Below, piece after piece: positions 10,323-20,576 of a stretch of DNA of 64,000 bases. The translations under genes and the position numbers were made by a program. How positions within the stretch are numbered: the first letter of the stretch is position 1; every line of letters begins with the position of its first letter. Source of the stretch: a bacterium (GTDB lineage: Bacteria; Bacillota_I; Bacilli_A; Acholeplasmatales; JAEDCM01); NCBI GenBank assembly GCA_024694145.1, contig JAILKD010000065.1:1280-65279 (forward strand), written 5' to 3'. The notes below the pieces were generated by a model that was not told the DNA's origin, ran no database searches, and saw only the letters and a program-made list of their open reading frames with translations.

Positions 10323-13300
10323 TTATTTTTTTAATATTCCTAAATCAACACCAAAGTTATAAACATAATCCATTCTATCCATCACTTTTTGATTTAGAGT
10401 TTGACTCTTTGGCTTTAATGCTTGAAGTGTAAGCTTATATAAGTCTTCTCTACTTACTCCTCCTTGCATCTTAGCAACTTGGACCATACAAGCTAGTATT
10501 TCTTCTTTACAAATATCATAAATATCTAAGCCTGAATTTTCTCTAAATATATTAAGTTCTTGTTTAACCTTAAGAGGCCAGTAGAATTTTTGACTTTGGT
10601 CTAAGCTTACGTTAGGATAAGGTTTAATACAATATTCTAAACGTTGATTTGCTTTTGTTGAGAATACCTTAATATTTGAATAATCTTTAACTCTTTGTTT
10701 TATTGTTTCAAATGAAACTGGTCCTTCAACATCAATTATCTTTTGAATCATATTAGGTAATCCTTGAGAGAATCCTGTATCATTATTATAACTAATTCTA
10801 CCAAGTCCACTAGACTTTTTATATTGAACAGATTCTAATGTAATACCTTCTACTTTTTCATCCTTTTGAATTGTTGGTTTTATTTCAAATGTTTCTTTAA
10901 TGTATGGATCATCAATAGCATCAATTATTTTATCAATTGTTGCTTTTCTATCTTTGAAGTATTCTATTGCATATACATTAACAAGCTTCCATTTTAATCC
11001 ATTTAATACTGAAGATTGGACATATAATTTATCTCTAACTGTTACATCTTTATCAATACCTAGTGTATCAATTAGTATACCTAATACATAAGATTTCTTA
11101 TCTTCTGATTTAATAGCTACATCTACTTTATAAATACTTGTTCCTACATTAACAGCACAGTCATAACCACGCTCTTCTAAATCATTTTTAATGTAGTAGC
11201 AAATAGATTTTTCAAGTGTAGAATTAATATCTTTTCTATTAAAACTTGATTCTTCAGCAAATCTTAAGAATTCTTTTAATAGTTTAGGACCTTTACTCTT
11301 AGATTTAAGCTCACTAGCAAAGTCGCTATATTTAATTGTTGATATAACAATCATTTGTTCCTTACTACGGCTAACGGCAACATTTAGACGTTTTTGACCA
11401 TTTTCACGAGCAAGTGGTCCATTGATTACTGGAGTACCTAAAGCACTCTTTCTAAAGCCAATAGAAATAACTATAATATCACGTTCATCACCTTGAACAT
11501 TTTCTAGTGATTTAACAAACCAAGGTTCACCAGTTTTACTACTTGCATTATCAACAGCTTCTCTAAGCTTACTATCTTTAGCAAGTAAATCAATAATTGC
11601 TTCTTCAACTTCTTCTTGTTGCTTGATGTTAAATACAATTATACCGATAGACTTATTCATAGTCTTTTCATTAGTATAAACATCTTTGAATGTATTAATG
11701 ATTGCATCTAATTCTTCTTTTGTAATAGATGAATCTTTCTTTTCATTCTTTAAATCAACATATTTAAAATCAATCATTGAACTAGCTGCATTAGGGCTAG
11801 GGAATGTATATAAGTTAGAGTTATAGAAATAAATATTAGAGAATTGAATTAATGATTCATGTTTACTTCTATAGTGGAATGATAATCTATGACGAGGAAG
11901 TTCAATTGCAATGCATTCATCAAGTAAACTAGATGCATCTTCAAATTGAATATCTTCGCCTTCAAGCTCCAATCCTGCACTAAAATATGCAGATGGTGGC
12001 ATTTGTTCAGGGTCACCTGCAACAATTAAACTCTTACCACGAGCAATAGGTCCTACTGCTTCATGTGTTGGAATCTGACTAGCTTCATCAAATATAACTA
12101 AATCAAATTTAGATGCTTCTTTACCGTTAACATCATCAACTGCCAAGTATTGTGCAGCTGAAAGTGGTGACATTAAGAAACAAGGAAAATATGATCTAAT
12201 AATTTCATCATAATTAAGTAATGTATCTCTAATTGTTACACCACGTCCATTGCTTGAAATAGATTTTTTAAGTCTACCAATAGGGCTACTTGATGCATAA
12301 TTAATAGAATTATGATTTAAATCTTTTGTTAGTTTAGCACTAACATGTTCAATAATCAAATTAGTATATTCATTAATTAATGCTTTATATTTCTTTATTT
12401 CTCCTTCAAATTGACTTGGGTTGAAATAATTAATATTTGCATCTTTAAAATATAGCTTAATAAAGCCATTTGATATAGATAATAAGAATACATCAATTAA
12501 ATCTACATATGAGAATTTATTAGCTTTTAAGTTATCTAATAATTCAGTTAAGCCTAGTTCATTTAATTTTAATCCAAGCTTATTAATTTGAGCTATATTT
12601 AATAAATCATTAAAGTTATCCATAATTGATGCATATTTAAGTAGGGATTCAAATACATCTAAATCAAGGGTATCTTGTTGGATTATTTTATAATCTACAT
12701 CATAAGTACTATTAAGTTTTTCTTCTAATACTTTATAGTTTTTAAATTTATCATTGACCATTGTAAACATCATCTTTGTTGATGGTGTTTTAATATTAGC
12801 CAAATCTAAGAAATATTTAGATGCGTTTATTTGGTTAGTATATGAACCAAGTTTCTTTAATAAATTCATAAGTAAATATGTGTTTTCATACTTTTCCTTA
12901 ATCTTAATAGCATCTTTATATCTACTTACATAATCAATATTACATAGCTTATTGATTTCAGTTGAATTTTCTTTTAAGTAGCTAATGTATTTATTGTAAG
13001 TATCAATAACTTTATAATAACTAATTAATTCTTTCTTATTAGGTTTAAAGTCATTTTGCTTAATTGTATTGAATAGTTTTAAATACTTCTTCTTTACACC
13101 CATCTTTTTAAAGAAACCTTTAGTAGTTTCTAAATCAGCAATAGCTCTATTAGCATCTATATCTATTATTTTGTTAAAATCAATAATCTTTAAGTTCTTT
13201 GATTCAACTTCAAGCAAATCTAGAGTTTTATTAAATACTTCTCTATTTATCTCGTCATTAGCTACATTCATAAAATCAGTAGCTGTATCAATAAATAATG

Positions 13301-16124
13301 GCTTATTTAAAGCTAAATCCATTAAATCCATAAAGTAGCTAATGCTTAAATTAGATTTAACAATATCTAAATTAGTTTCTTTAATTAAATTAGAAATTTC
13401 TTTAATTAAATCTTGATATACCTTTAAGAATTCTTTAAATTCATTAACTATTTTTTCTTTATTAGAATAGTTAATATCACTAACCTTTAGTAGTTTTAGT
13501 GGATTATCGTCATAATCATTAACACCTTCAACACTTGCCATATATTCATTAAGTAGATTTTCTATTTCTTCTAATTTGTCTTTTGATAAAGATTCTAAGA
13601 ATTCTTTATTAAAATCTACTTTTGTATTTAAGGCATTGTAATATTCTATATTAACGATAGATTCATATAAGCTAAGTGCATATTTCTTTTCATGCATCTT
13701 ATTAATAACTTCTTGTAGTATTTTCTTCTTTTCTTCTAATTCCTTACACTTCTTTTCAAAGTCAGTTGGATCTACTGTAGGTCCTAGTTCCATAGAATCT
13801 CTTAATTTAGAAAAGAATTCTCCCTTATTAGCTTTATTAGAGTGTAATTCTAGACAGAATCTGCCTAAAGATATTTTGTTTAAACGATTAGCAACTACAT
13901 CTAGTGCAGCCTTCTTTTCAGCAACAAATAGTACTGTTTTACCATGATAGAATGCATTAACTATCATATTAACAATAGTTTGGCTCTTACCTGTACCTGG
14001 AGGCCCATCAAGTATAAATGACTTGCCTTTACCACAGTCAAGTATAGCTTTTAATTGTGTAGAATCATAAGGTAGTGGTGCAGCAAAATCTGTATATACT
14101 TCTTCACTATTAATATCATCATAAACTGACTCACTATCATTTAGACAGTTCTTATTAGCTAAAATACTTTCTATAACTTTATTCTTCTTTAATTCTTCTT
14201 TTCTCTTTCTAACATCCATCCACATAATATAGTGAGAGAATGTTAAATTAGCAATATAAAAATCAGATTCATGTAATTGAATAATATTACCCCAGTGTTC
14301 CTTGAATGTATGAACAATATTTAAATATCCATCACTTGCTTTAGATGCATATAATTCAGCAAAGCTAGTATCTGGTTCATCTAATATATAATATTCAAAG
14401 AATGATTGATTAAGCATTAAATCATCTAAATCATAACTCATAGTGTAAAGAGGACCTGATTTATCTTTTGTAATAGTAATTGGTAAAACCATAAATGGTG
14501 CATAACCGGTAGTTTTAGCCTTTTTTCTAGTGTAAGCTAGCTTACCACAGCATAAATAAAGTGTTGGCGAACCTGTTTCATCCATTGCTTGATTTGATTT
14601 TTTAATAAGTTGCTTTAATACCTTATCAAAACCAACAGCAATAGCCTTATCACTATCAAAATCTTCAGCAAACTTTATTGATGAAACACTTACGTTACCA
14701 TCAATATATAGTTTTTCTAAATCACCTTTAGCTTCAACAACCATAAATTTAATAGAATCTTTCTTTTCTAATAAATCAAATATTTGGCTTTGACTAATTA
14801 GTTGAAGCATACTTGATGGTTTTAATCTTAAATTGACAAGTGGATTTGATTCATTTAAGTCTAATAACTTTTTCTCCCAGAAAGAGAATCTATCTTTTTC
14901 TTCTGCTTTTAAAACATCAACATATGTTCTACTTTTTATTGAATCTAGTTTTGTTGTTCTAACATTATTTTCTTTAATTAAACTTTCAATATCTAAATCT
15001 TTTGAATTAGTTGTAATAGGTGAATAAATATAATCAAAGTTATGACATCTATTAATATCAATTGCTTCAAAAGATCCAAAGTAATTCTTTAGATGAGTAT
15101 TAGCTGCATCAATTGCATCTTGTAGTGACGCATTTTTTGTTGTATCAATAAAAGTTGATTCAATTAATAGTATATCTTTATTTCCTTCTGTTGCTCTTGA
15201 ATAAATTGAATTAGCTTCAAATGAAATACCTGAATCTAATTTAGATTTTTCATTTAAGAATACTCCGACAAATGCATGTCCTTCTATTAAAACTAAAATA
15301 GAATGGAATCCTAATTCTTCAAAGCATGAACATAAAAGAATTGCTGAATCTAAGCAAGTTGCTTTTTTATCTGTTAATACTTCATGTGGAAGTCTTATGC
15401 GTTGTGGATGATGAACTTCTTCATTGTTTTCATCAATTGCATAAGAACAACCTGCAGGTGGGTTTTGATAAACTATTCCACTTTCATGAAGTGATAAATA
15501 AACAGCCTGTATTTCATTAAGCATTGCATTATAATTAATTCCATTTTGATATGCCTTAATAACCTTGTTTTTTGCCTTAGCTATAGCATTTCTAGTTATT
15601 TTCTTTACATTATCATCACTAGGAGTAACGTATTTTGCATATAGTCTTGCATCTTTAAAAATAGCTGTTGTAGGTTGTGAAATAGGTAGTATTGTAAAGA
15701 TATAGTGATTCTTATAAATTACTTTTTCATTTTCATCTAATAATTCTATATCGAAGCTTGATGGTATTGGTTCGTTAACAGTATTAAAATAATCTCTATC
15801 AACTATTAAATCAGGAACATCAACACCAATCTCATAGTTTTCTTGTATCTCTTCACTAATTTTTATATCAGGCATTTTAAATGCTTGGCAATTAAAATTA
15901 AATCTAATTGTTAAATTCTTATATGAATTTTTAGTATAGTTTATGATAAATAATTCATTGATAAAAGAAAAAGTTCTATCATATTCTTGATTTAACTTTA
16001 TAGATTTTGCATGCGCAAAAATATCTGCTAGATATTCTGAATAAGTAAATTCAGTATCGATACTAGCACATACTCTAATTTCGTTTTCAAAATTACGGTC
16101 AATCTTAATTAATTTTTCTTCCAT
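10323..16124 (-). CDS. Giant (1933 aa) DUF4011 / Upf1-like SF1 helicase (AAA_11/AAA_12) with a Vsr/REase-like domain, a DUF3320 C-terminus and a transglutaminase-like N-terminal region
   Basis: Walker A LDGPPGTGKSQT (aa 705-716), VIFDEASQI, GDPEQMPP, HYRSKHESLIQFSN, GDERDIIVISIG, LNVAVSRSKEQ. The REase-like segment is GYDCAVNVGTSIYKVDVAI...LGILID. The N-terminal segment ATCLDSAILLCSCFEELGFHSILVLIEGHAFVGVF follows the Cys...His pattern of transglutaminase-like cysteine proteases. Confidence 0.8.
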   Translation of the reverse strand: MEEKLIKIDRNFENEIRVCASIDTEFTYSEYLADIFAHAKSIKLNQEYDRTFSFINELFIINYTKNSYKNLTIRFNFNCQAFKMPDIKISEEIQENYEIGVDVPDLIVDRDYFNTVNEPIPSSFDIELLDENEKVIYKNHYIFTILPISQPTTAIFKDARLYAKYVTPSDDNVKKITRNAIAKAKNKVIKAYQNGINYNAMLNEIQAVYLSLHESGIVYQNPPAGCSYAIDENNEEVHHPQRIRLPHEVLTDKKATCLDSAILLCSCFEELGFHSILVLIEGHAFVGVFLNEKSKLDSGISFEANSIYSRATEGNKDILLIESTFIDTTKNASLQDAIDAANTHLKNYFGSFEAIDINRCHNFDYIYSPITTNSKDLDIESLIKENNVRTTKLDSIKSRTYVDVLKAEEKDRFSFWEKKLLDLNESNPLVNLRLKPSSMLQLISQSQIFDLLEKKDSIKFMVVEAKGDLEKLYIDGNVSVSSIKFAEDFDSDKAIAVGFDKVLKQLIKKSNQAMDETGSPTLYLCCGKLAYTRKKAKTTGYAPFMVLPITITKDKSGPLYTMSYDLDDLMLNQSFFEYYILDEPDTSFAELYASKASDGYLNIVHTFKEHWGNIIQLHESDFYIANLTFSHYIMWMDVRKRKEELKKNKVIESILANKNCLNDSESVYDDINSEEVYTDFAAPLPYDSTQLKAILDCGKGKSFILDGPPGTGKSQTIVNMIVNAFYHGKTVLFVAEKKAALDVVANRLNKISLGRFCLELHSNKANKGEFFSKLRDSMELGPTVDPTDFEKKCKELEEKKKILQEVINKMHEKKYALSLYESIVNIEYYNALNTKVDFNKEFLESLSKDKLEEIENLLNEYMASVEGVNDYDDNPLKLLKVSDINYSNKEKIVNEFKEFLKVYQDLIKEISNLIKETNLDIVKSNLSISYFMDLMDLALNKPLFIDTATDFMNVANDEINREVFNKTLDLLEVESKNLKIIDFNKIIDIDANRAIADLETTKGFFKKMGVKKKYLKLFNTIKQNDFKPNKKELISYYKVIDTYNKYISYLKENSTEINKLCNIDYVSRYKDAIKIKEKYENTYLLMNLLKKLGSYTNQINASKYFLDLANIKTPSTKMMFTMVNDKFKNYKVLEEKLNSTYDVDYKIIQQDTLDLDVFESLLKYASIMDNFNDLLNIAQINKLGLKLNELGLTELLDNLKANKFSYVDLIDVFLLSISNGFIKLYFKDANINYFNPSQFEGEIKKYKALINEYTNLIIEHVSAKLTKDLNHNSINYASSSPIGRLKKSISSNGRGVTIRDTLLNYDEIIRSYFPCFLMSPLSAAQYLAVDDVNGKEASKFDLVIFDEASQIPTHEAVGPIARGKSLIVAGDPEQMPPSAYFSAGLELEGEDIQFEDASSLLDECIAIELPRHRLSFHYRSKHESLIQFSNIYFYNSNLYTFPSPNAASSMIDFKYVDLKNEKKDSSITKEELDAIINTFKDVYTNEKTMNKSIGIIVFNIKQQEEVEEAIIDLLAKDSKLREAVDNASSKTGEPWFVKSLENVQGDERDIIVISIGFRKSALGTPVINGPLARENGQKRLNVAVSRSKEQMIVISTIKYSDFASELKSKSKGPKLLKEFLRFAEESSFNRKDINSTLEKSICYYIKNDLEERGYDCAVNVGTSIYKVDVAIKSEDKKSYVLGILIDTLGIDKDVTVRDKLYVQSSVLNGLKWKLVNVYAIEYFKDRKATIDKIIDAIDDPYIKETFEIKPTIQKDEKVEGITLESVQYKKSSGLGRISYNNDTGFSQGLPNMIQKIIDVEGPVSFETIKQRVKDYSNIKVFSTKANQRLEYCIKPYPNVSLDQSQKFYWPLKVKQELNIFRENSGLDIYDICKEEILACMVQVAKMQGGVSREDLYKLTLQALKPKSQTLNQKVMDRMDYVYNFGVDLGILKK

Positions 16125-16246
16125 AATACCCTCCTATAAATATCAAACTTATAATAAAATTATAACACGAATTATATTATAATAAAATATAATTCAAAAT
16201 CATTTTACAAACAAAATAAAATGTTATAAGATATAAATAGATACTT

Positions 16247-16323
16247 TGGGGTATCGCCAAGCGGCTTAAGGCATCTGGCTCTGACCCAGACATTCGGGAG
16301 TTCGAATCTCTCTACCCCAGCCA
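16247..16323 (+). tRNA. tRNA-Gln (anticodon CUG)
   Basis: Hand-folded. Acceptor TGGGGTA/TACCCCA (the U1-A72 pair typical of bacterial tRNA-Gln). Anticodon stem TCTGG/CCAGA with loop CTCTGAC. T-arm GGGAG-TTCGAAT-CTCTC. Discriminator G and an encoded CCA. Confidence 0.85.
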
Positions 16324-16365
16324 TTAATAAAATTTGGCTTAATAAAGCCTTATATAGGAGGTCAT

Positions 16366-17907
16366 ATGAAAAAATTGTTAAGTGGAGTTTTAACACTTGG
16401 ATTATGTTTTACATTAATCGGATGTGGTAAGAAAAACTCAAAATCAACTACAAGAGAAAAGACAACTTATGATATTGATACAGACAATCCTAATTATGAA
16501 AGTAATTATAGTCCTATACTATCAGATACTTTACCTAGAATAGATATCGATGTTGCTGATGATTCTTTATCTCATGAAGAAAAAATGAAATTTGTAACAG
16601 AACCTAATAGGGATAACCCACCAGCAGATTATACAGAATGTAATGTAACTGTTAGTGAAGGATCTGATATTTCTATAGATGGTAAAAAAGCTGGAGTTAA
16701 AGTTAGAGGTAACTGGACAACTTATTATGATAAAAAGCCACTTAGAATTAAGTTTGATAAGAAACAATCAATGCTTGGCTTAAATAATGGTGAAAAATAC
16801 AAAAGCTGGGTTTTACTTGCTGCATATAAAGATTGGTCAATTCTAAGAGATGCTTCTGCTTTCTATCTAGCAAAATTAATGGGAGCTTATTATGCATCTG
16901 ACTTTAGATTAGTTAATGTATATATTAATGGTGAATACTGGGGCGTTTATTTATTAGTTGAACAACAACAAACTGGTTCAACTAGAGTAAATATTACTGA
17001 ACCAGAAAAACTAGATGATGGTACTTACTATACTGGCACTGATATTGGATATTTTTTAGAATATGATGGATATTATACTGAGGAAGATCCTAATCAAACA
17101 TTTACTGTTGAATACAAAGGTCTACCTAACTATGATAAAACAAAAGCTTTCCCTAAGAATAAATTCCAAAAAGGATTTACTATTAAAAGTGATATCTATT
17201 CTGAAAATCAAAAATTATTTATAAAAAATTACATGCAAAATGTATTTGATATATCATATAATGCAATAATTAAAAAAGAATTTTATGAATTTGATTCAAC
17301 ATATTCTACTATTACTAAAAATGATAGTCTAAACTCTTATACAGCAATAAGCAAAGTTATTGATGTTGATTCACTTGTAAATGCTTATATTTTAGCTGAA
17401 CTAACATGCGATGTTGATATAGCATGGTCAAGTATGTTTATGGATGTGGATTTTGGAGAAAATGGTAGTAAAAAATTAGTATTTGAAGCACCATGGGATT
17501 ATGATTCATCTTTAGGAAACACTAGGGGTTGCCCAGATGCAAAAGGAATATTTGCAGCTGATGTAGAAATAAATGCAATGAATGAAGAATCAGCAAATCC
17601 TTGGTACATGTTATTCTATCAATGTGATTGGTTTAGGAATTTAGTTAAAGATAAACTAAATGGAATGAAAGATAAAAAAGTATTTGAAAAAGTAGTGAGC
17701 TTTATTACTGACGCATCAACTAAATATGAAGAAGATTTTAAAAACAATTATACTAAATGGAATAACTGTGGTCATCCTGAAACAATCAATTACGAAACAA
17801 ATGAGAATTCAGCAAAATGTAAGACTGAAAAAGAAGCTGCAAACTGGTTAAAAGAATGGTTTACAATGCGTGTAGAAAATGTAATTAAAATATTTAATGA
17901 ACAATAA
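16366..17907 (+). CDS. CotH-family (spore-coat protein H-like kinase fold) lipoprotein
   Basis: Lipobox TLIGCGKK. The segment VKVRGNWTTYYDKKPLRIKFDKKQ...YKSWVLLAAYKDWSILRD...VNVYINGEYWGVYLLVEQ is characteristic of CotH. Confidence 0.75.
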   Translation: MKKLLSGVLTLGLCFTLIGCGKKNSKSTTREKTTYDIDTDNPNYESNYSPILSDTLPRIDIDVADDSLSHEEKMKFVTEPNRDNPPADYTECNVTVSEGSDISIDGKKAGVKVRGNWTTYYDKKPLRIKFDKKQSMLGLNNGEKYKSWVLLAAYKDWSILRDASAFYLAKLMGAYYASDFRLVNVYINGEYWGVYLLVEQQQTGSTRVNITEPEKLDDGTYYTGTDIGYFLEYDGYYTEEDPNQTFTVEYKGLPNYDKTKAFPKNKFQKGFTIKSDIYSENQKLFIKNYMQNVFDISYNAIIKKEFYEFDSTYSTITKNDSLNSYTAISKVIDVDSLVNAYILAELTCDVDIAWSSMFMDVDFGENGSKKLVFEAPWDYDSSLGNTRGCPDAKGIFAADVEINAMNEESANPWYMLFYQCDWFRNLVKDKLNGMKDKKVFEKVVSFITDASTKYEEDFKNNYTKWNNCGHPETINYETNENSAKCKTEKEAANWLKEWFTMRVENVIKIFNEQ

Positions 17908-18010
17908 AAAAAGTCTCAATAGTGAAGTGATATATTAAAAGTAGACAACCCTAAAAAAAAGGGCGGTCTACTTTTTTTGTTGTATAATAATTCAATAAGG
18001 AGGAATAATC

Positions 18011-18373
18011 ATGGCAAGATTAAAGGGAACAAAGAATAAAATGCGAACACCTGAAGAAAAAGAAAAATTAGTATTAGAATATTTTAAATCGGGGATTGGA
18101 TATAAAGTTTTTGCAAGGCAACATGGAATAGCACATGACCCATTTAGATTATGGATAAAGAGATATGCAGAATATGGAATTGAGGGTTTAAATAGTAATA
18201 CAGGAAAAGGATCCACTGGATGTCCAAAAAAGCCAAAGACAAGAATAGAGCAATTAGAACAAGAAAATCTAAGACTAAAAATTGAGGTAGAGCGATTAAA
18301 AAAAGGTTACTTAGTGAAAGGAGATGGGGCAAAAAAGGAATACGTTACTTCCTTAGAAAAGAATACGAAATAA
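18011..18373 (+). CDS. IS3 transposase OrfA (HTH plus leucine zipper)
   Basis: MARLKGTKNKMRTPEEKEKLVLEYFKSG...IEQLEQENLRLKIEVERLKK. SD AAGGAGG lies upstream. Confidence 0.85.
   Translation: MARLKGTKNKMRTPEEKEKLVLEYFKSGIGYKVFARQHGIAHDPFRLWIKRYAEYGIEGLNSNTGKGSTGCPKKPKTRIEQLEQENLRLKIEVERLKKGYLVKGDGAKKEYVTSLEKNTK
18331..18337 (+). other. Programmed -1 ribosomal frameshift motif A-AAA-AAG
   Basis: In the orfA frame the codons read gcA AAA AAG. After a -1 slip the reading frame stays open (KKGIRYFLRKEYEIIKSLSKKYSIHLLCKLMGINRSGYYKW) and runs into orfB. Confidence 0.7.
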
Positions 18374-18420
18374 TAAAATCACTATCAAAGAAATATTCAA
18401 TACATCTTTTATGTAAGCTT

Positions 18421-19233
18421 ATGGGAATAAATAGATCAGGATATTATAAATGGTTAAAAAGGAAAGATAATCCTAGTCAAAGAGAGATTAGTAGGGATTC
18501 AGATATAAAGCTAATATCATCAATTCATGATAAACATCCATCACATGGATATAGATGGATAAATGCCTTTATAAAAGGAAAATTTGGAATAATATATAGT
18601 AATAATCATGTGCATTTGTGCTGTAAGTACGCAGGAATAATATCAAAAGGAAAACATTATAATTATAGGAAACCAGGAGAACAATTAAAGAAATATGATA
18701 ACTTATTATTAAACAAAAAATGGTCAAGTTTAACAAGACCATATGAGGTAATAGTATCAGATATGACATCATTTTGGGCAAACAAAAAATATTATGAACT
18801 AACATTCTACTTTGATGCCTATACAAAGGAGATATTATCATATTCTTTATCTTCAAGGAAAGGAGATACAAGAACTTATTATGATGGATTAAAAATAGTA
18901 TTAGATAAAATAAAAACGGAAGCGAATATAGAACCAACAATTTTACACACAGACCAAGGTTCAGTATACGCATCCATTAGCTATAACAAGCTCATAGAAG
19001 ATTATAACATAAAAAGATCAATGAGTCGAGCAGGAACTCCAACAGATAACCCAGTAAACGAATCTTTAAATGGTTGGATTAAAGAAGAATTATTCATTGA
19101 TTTTAAACTTAATAAATCAAACGATGTATTTAAAACAATTGATGAATATGTATATTATTATAATAATGAGCGCCCAGCATATTCATTAAAATATAAAACC
19201 CCTATACAGTTTAAAACTGAACAGGGGTTCTAG
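18421..19233 (+). CDS. IS3 transposase OrfB (rve / DDE integrase core), probably expressed as an OrfAB fusion
   Basis: SDMT...HTDQGSVY...MSRAGTPTDNPVNESLNGWIKEE (DDE triad context). It is in the -1 frame relative to orfA. Confidence 0.85.
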   Translation: MGINRSGYYKWLKRKDNPSQREISRDSDIKLISSIHDKHPSHGYRWINAFIKGKFGIIYSNNHVHLCCKYAGIISKGKHYNYRKPGEQLKKYDNLLLNKKWSSLTRPYEVIVSDMTSFWANKKYYELTFYFDAYTKEILSYSLSSRKGDTRTYYDGLKIVLDKIKTEANIEPTILHTDQGSVYASISYNKLIEDYNIKRSMSRAGTPTDNPVNESLNGWIKEELFIDFKLNKSNDVFKTIDEYVYYYNNERPAYSLKYKTPIQFKTEQGF

Positions 19234-19295
19234 CCTTTTTTATTTAATTGTCTACTTTCGCTTGACTAGTTCAATAACTAGCCTCTTTTTAATTA

Positions 19296-19874
19296 TTATA
19301 TCAAGCCAAATACTACTATTCCAACAACTGCTGATATAGCTATAAGTATAATTGGCGATATTCCTTTTTTAATAAACTTTCTTGAGCCAAAATATATTAT
19401 AGCTAATCCTATAGTTATTAATAATGCTGGTAAACTAAAACTAAAACTATCAACCTTACCAAAACAATTTTGATATACAAAATATAAACCAATTGCTAGA
19501 ATTATACCAATAATACATGGTTTTAATCCATTTAATATTGCTTGGAACACTTTATTATTAACTAACTTCTTAAGTAATACCATTATTAATAATATAATTA
19601 AGAACGCTGGCAAAACTACAGCAAATGTAGCAATTAATGATCCCAAGAATCCAGCTTGTGTACTACCTATATATGTAGCAAGGTTAACCATGATAGGCCC
19701 TGGTGTAGATTCACTAACTGCAATAATATTTGATAACATTTCATCAGTCATCCAACCCTTTGATAAAACCTCATCACGAATTAATGGTATAGCACTATAT
19801 GCTCCACCAAATGAGAATAAACCTACTTTAAGGAAGGAAATAAATAATTTAAGATAAATCATTATTATCACCAT
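19296..19874 (-). CDS. chrA: Chromate transporter (CHR family), second half-size subunit
   Basis: 192-aa membrane protein with the FSFGGAYSAIPLI...ESTPGPI motifs. Confidence 0.8.
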   Translation of the reverse strand: MVIIMIYLKLFISFLKVGLFSFGGAYSAIPLIRDEVLSKGWMTDEMLSNIIAVSESTPGPIMVNLATYIGSTQAGFLGSLIATFAVVLPAFLIILLIMVLLKKLVNNKVFQAILNGLKPCIIGIILAIGLYFVYQNCFGKVDSFSFSLPALLITIGLAIIYFGSRKFIKKGISPIILIAISAVVGIVVFGLI

Positions 19875-20508
19875 CCTCTACTATTAAGTTTTCTTCATTT
19901 GTTTTTACTTCGCTATCTTGACTAACTAAATTAGAATCATCAATATCTTTATTTTTTCTTACAATAAATAATATTAAACCAATTAATGCCGCTACTAGCA
20001 TTAAGATAATTGATGAAATATTTAACGCAAATAAATCTATTAAAAACATAATAACAAATGAACATATAACTATAACAATTGCCATAGGCTTTTTATCCAT
20101 TTTTTTAAGCATCTTTATCCCGGCATCAATTATTAAAATGCCTACTGCACATTTAATCCCTAAAAACGCATTATATATCCAAGTTATTTCTAAAAATCTA
20201 TCTAAAAATAAAGAAATTATAAATAAAATGACTAGTGATGGTAAAACCATACCAATTGTAGCGACAATCGCTCCAAGAAGCCCTTTTTGCTTATATCCAA
20301 CATACGTTGCACAGTTAATAGAAATAGGCCCTGGTGTAGATTCAGCAATAATAGTTAAATTCATCATTTCATCATGTGTTATCCATTTTTTCTTTTCTAC
20401 GCAAGCATTCTCAATTAAGGGGATCATCGCATGGCCACCGCCAAATGCAAATAATCCTATTTTCATGAATGTTAAAAATAGATTAAGTAAAACCATTGAA
20501 TCATACAC
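19849..20508 (-). CDS. chrA: Chromate transporter (CHR family), first half-size subunit
   Basis: FAFGGGHAMIPLIE...ESTPGPISIN motifs. It overlaps the downstream paralogous half. Confidence 0.8.
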   Translation of the reverse strand: MYDSMVLLNLFLTFMKIGLFAFGGGHAMIPLIENACVEKKKWITHDEMMNLTIIAESTPGPISINCATYVGYKQKGLLGAIVATIGMVLPSLVILFIISLFLDRFLEITWIYNAFLGIKCAVGILIIDAGIKMLKKMDKKPMAIVIVICSFVIMFLIDLFALNISSIILMLVAALIGLILFIVRKNKDIDDSNLVSQDSEVKTNEENLIVEDGDNNDLS

Positions 20509-20576
20509 CTCCTTTTTATTACTAACATATATATTATACTACAAAAAGAGAAAATCCCTAAATATTTAGGGATTAC

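Larger units (their letters stand above)
17923..19273 (+). mobile_element. IS3-family insertion sequence (about 1.35 kb)
   Basis: orfA/orfB in 0/-1 frames. Imperfect terminal inverted repeats: TGAAGTGATATATTAAAAGTAGACAA (left) against the reverse complement of the right end TGAACTAGTCAAGCGAAAGTAGACAA (18/26 matches, both starting TGAA). No clear target duplication was found, so the ends are approximate. Confidence 0.7.

Noticed and set aside
16205-16396. 63-aa minus-strand ORF
   Set aside because: It lies antisense across the well-folded tRNA-Gln gene and the start of the CotH gene. It is spurious.
10323-17907. tRNA-Gln-associated genomic island carrying the helicase or CotH gene
   Set aside because: The helicase lies on the 5' side of the tRNA, whereas integrases target the 3' end. 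I saw no integrase gene and no direct repeat of the tRNA 3' end downstream. An island cannot be claimed from this window.
19849-19874. Frameshifted or pseudogenised single chrA gene
   Set aside because: Each ORF is a complete CHR half-domain with its own FGG...IPLI and ESTPGPI motifs. Paired short-chain CHR genes are a known bona fide arrangement.
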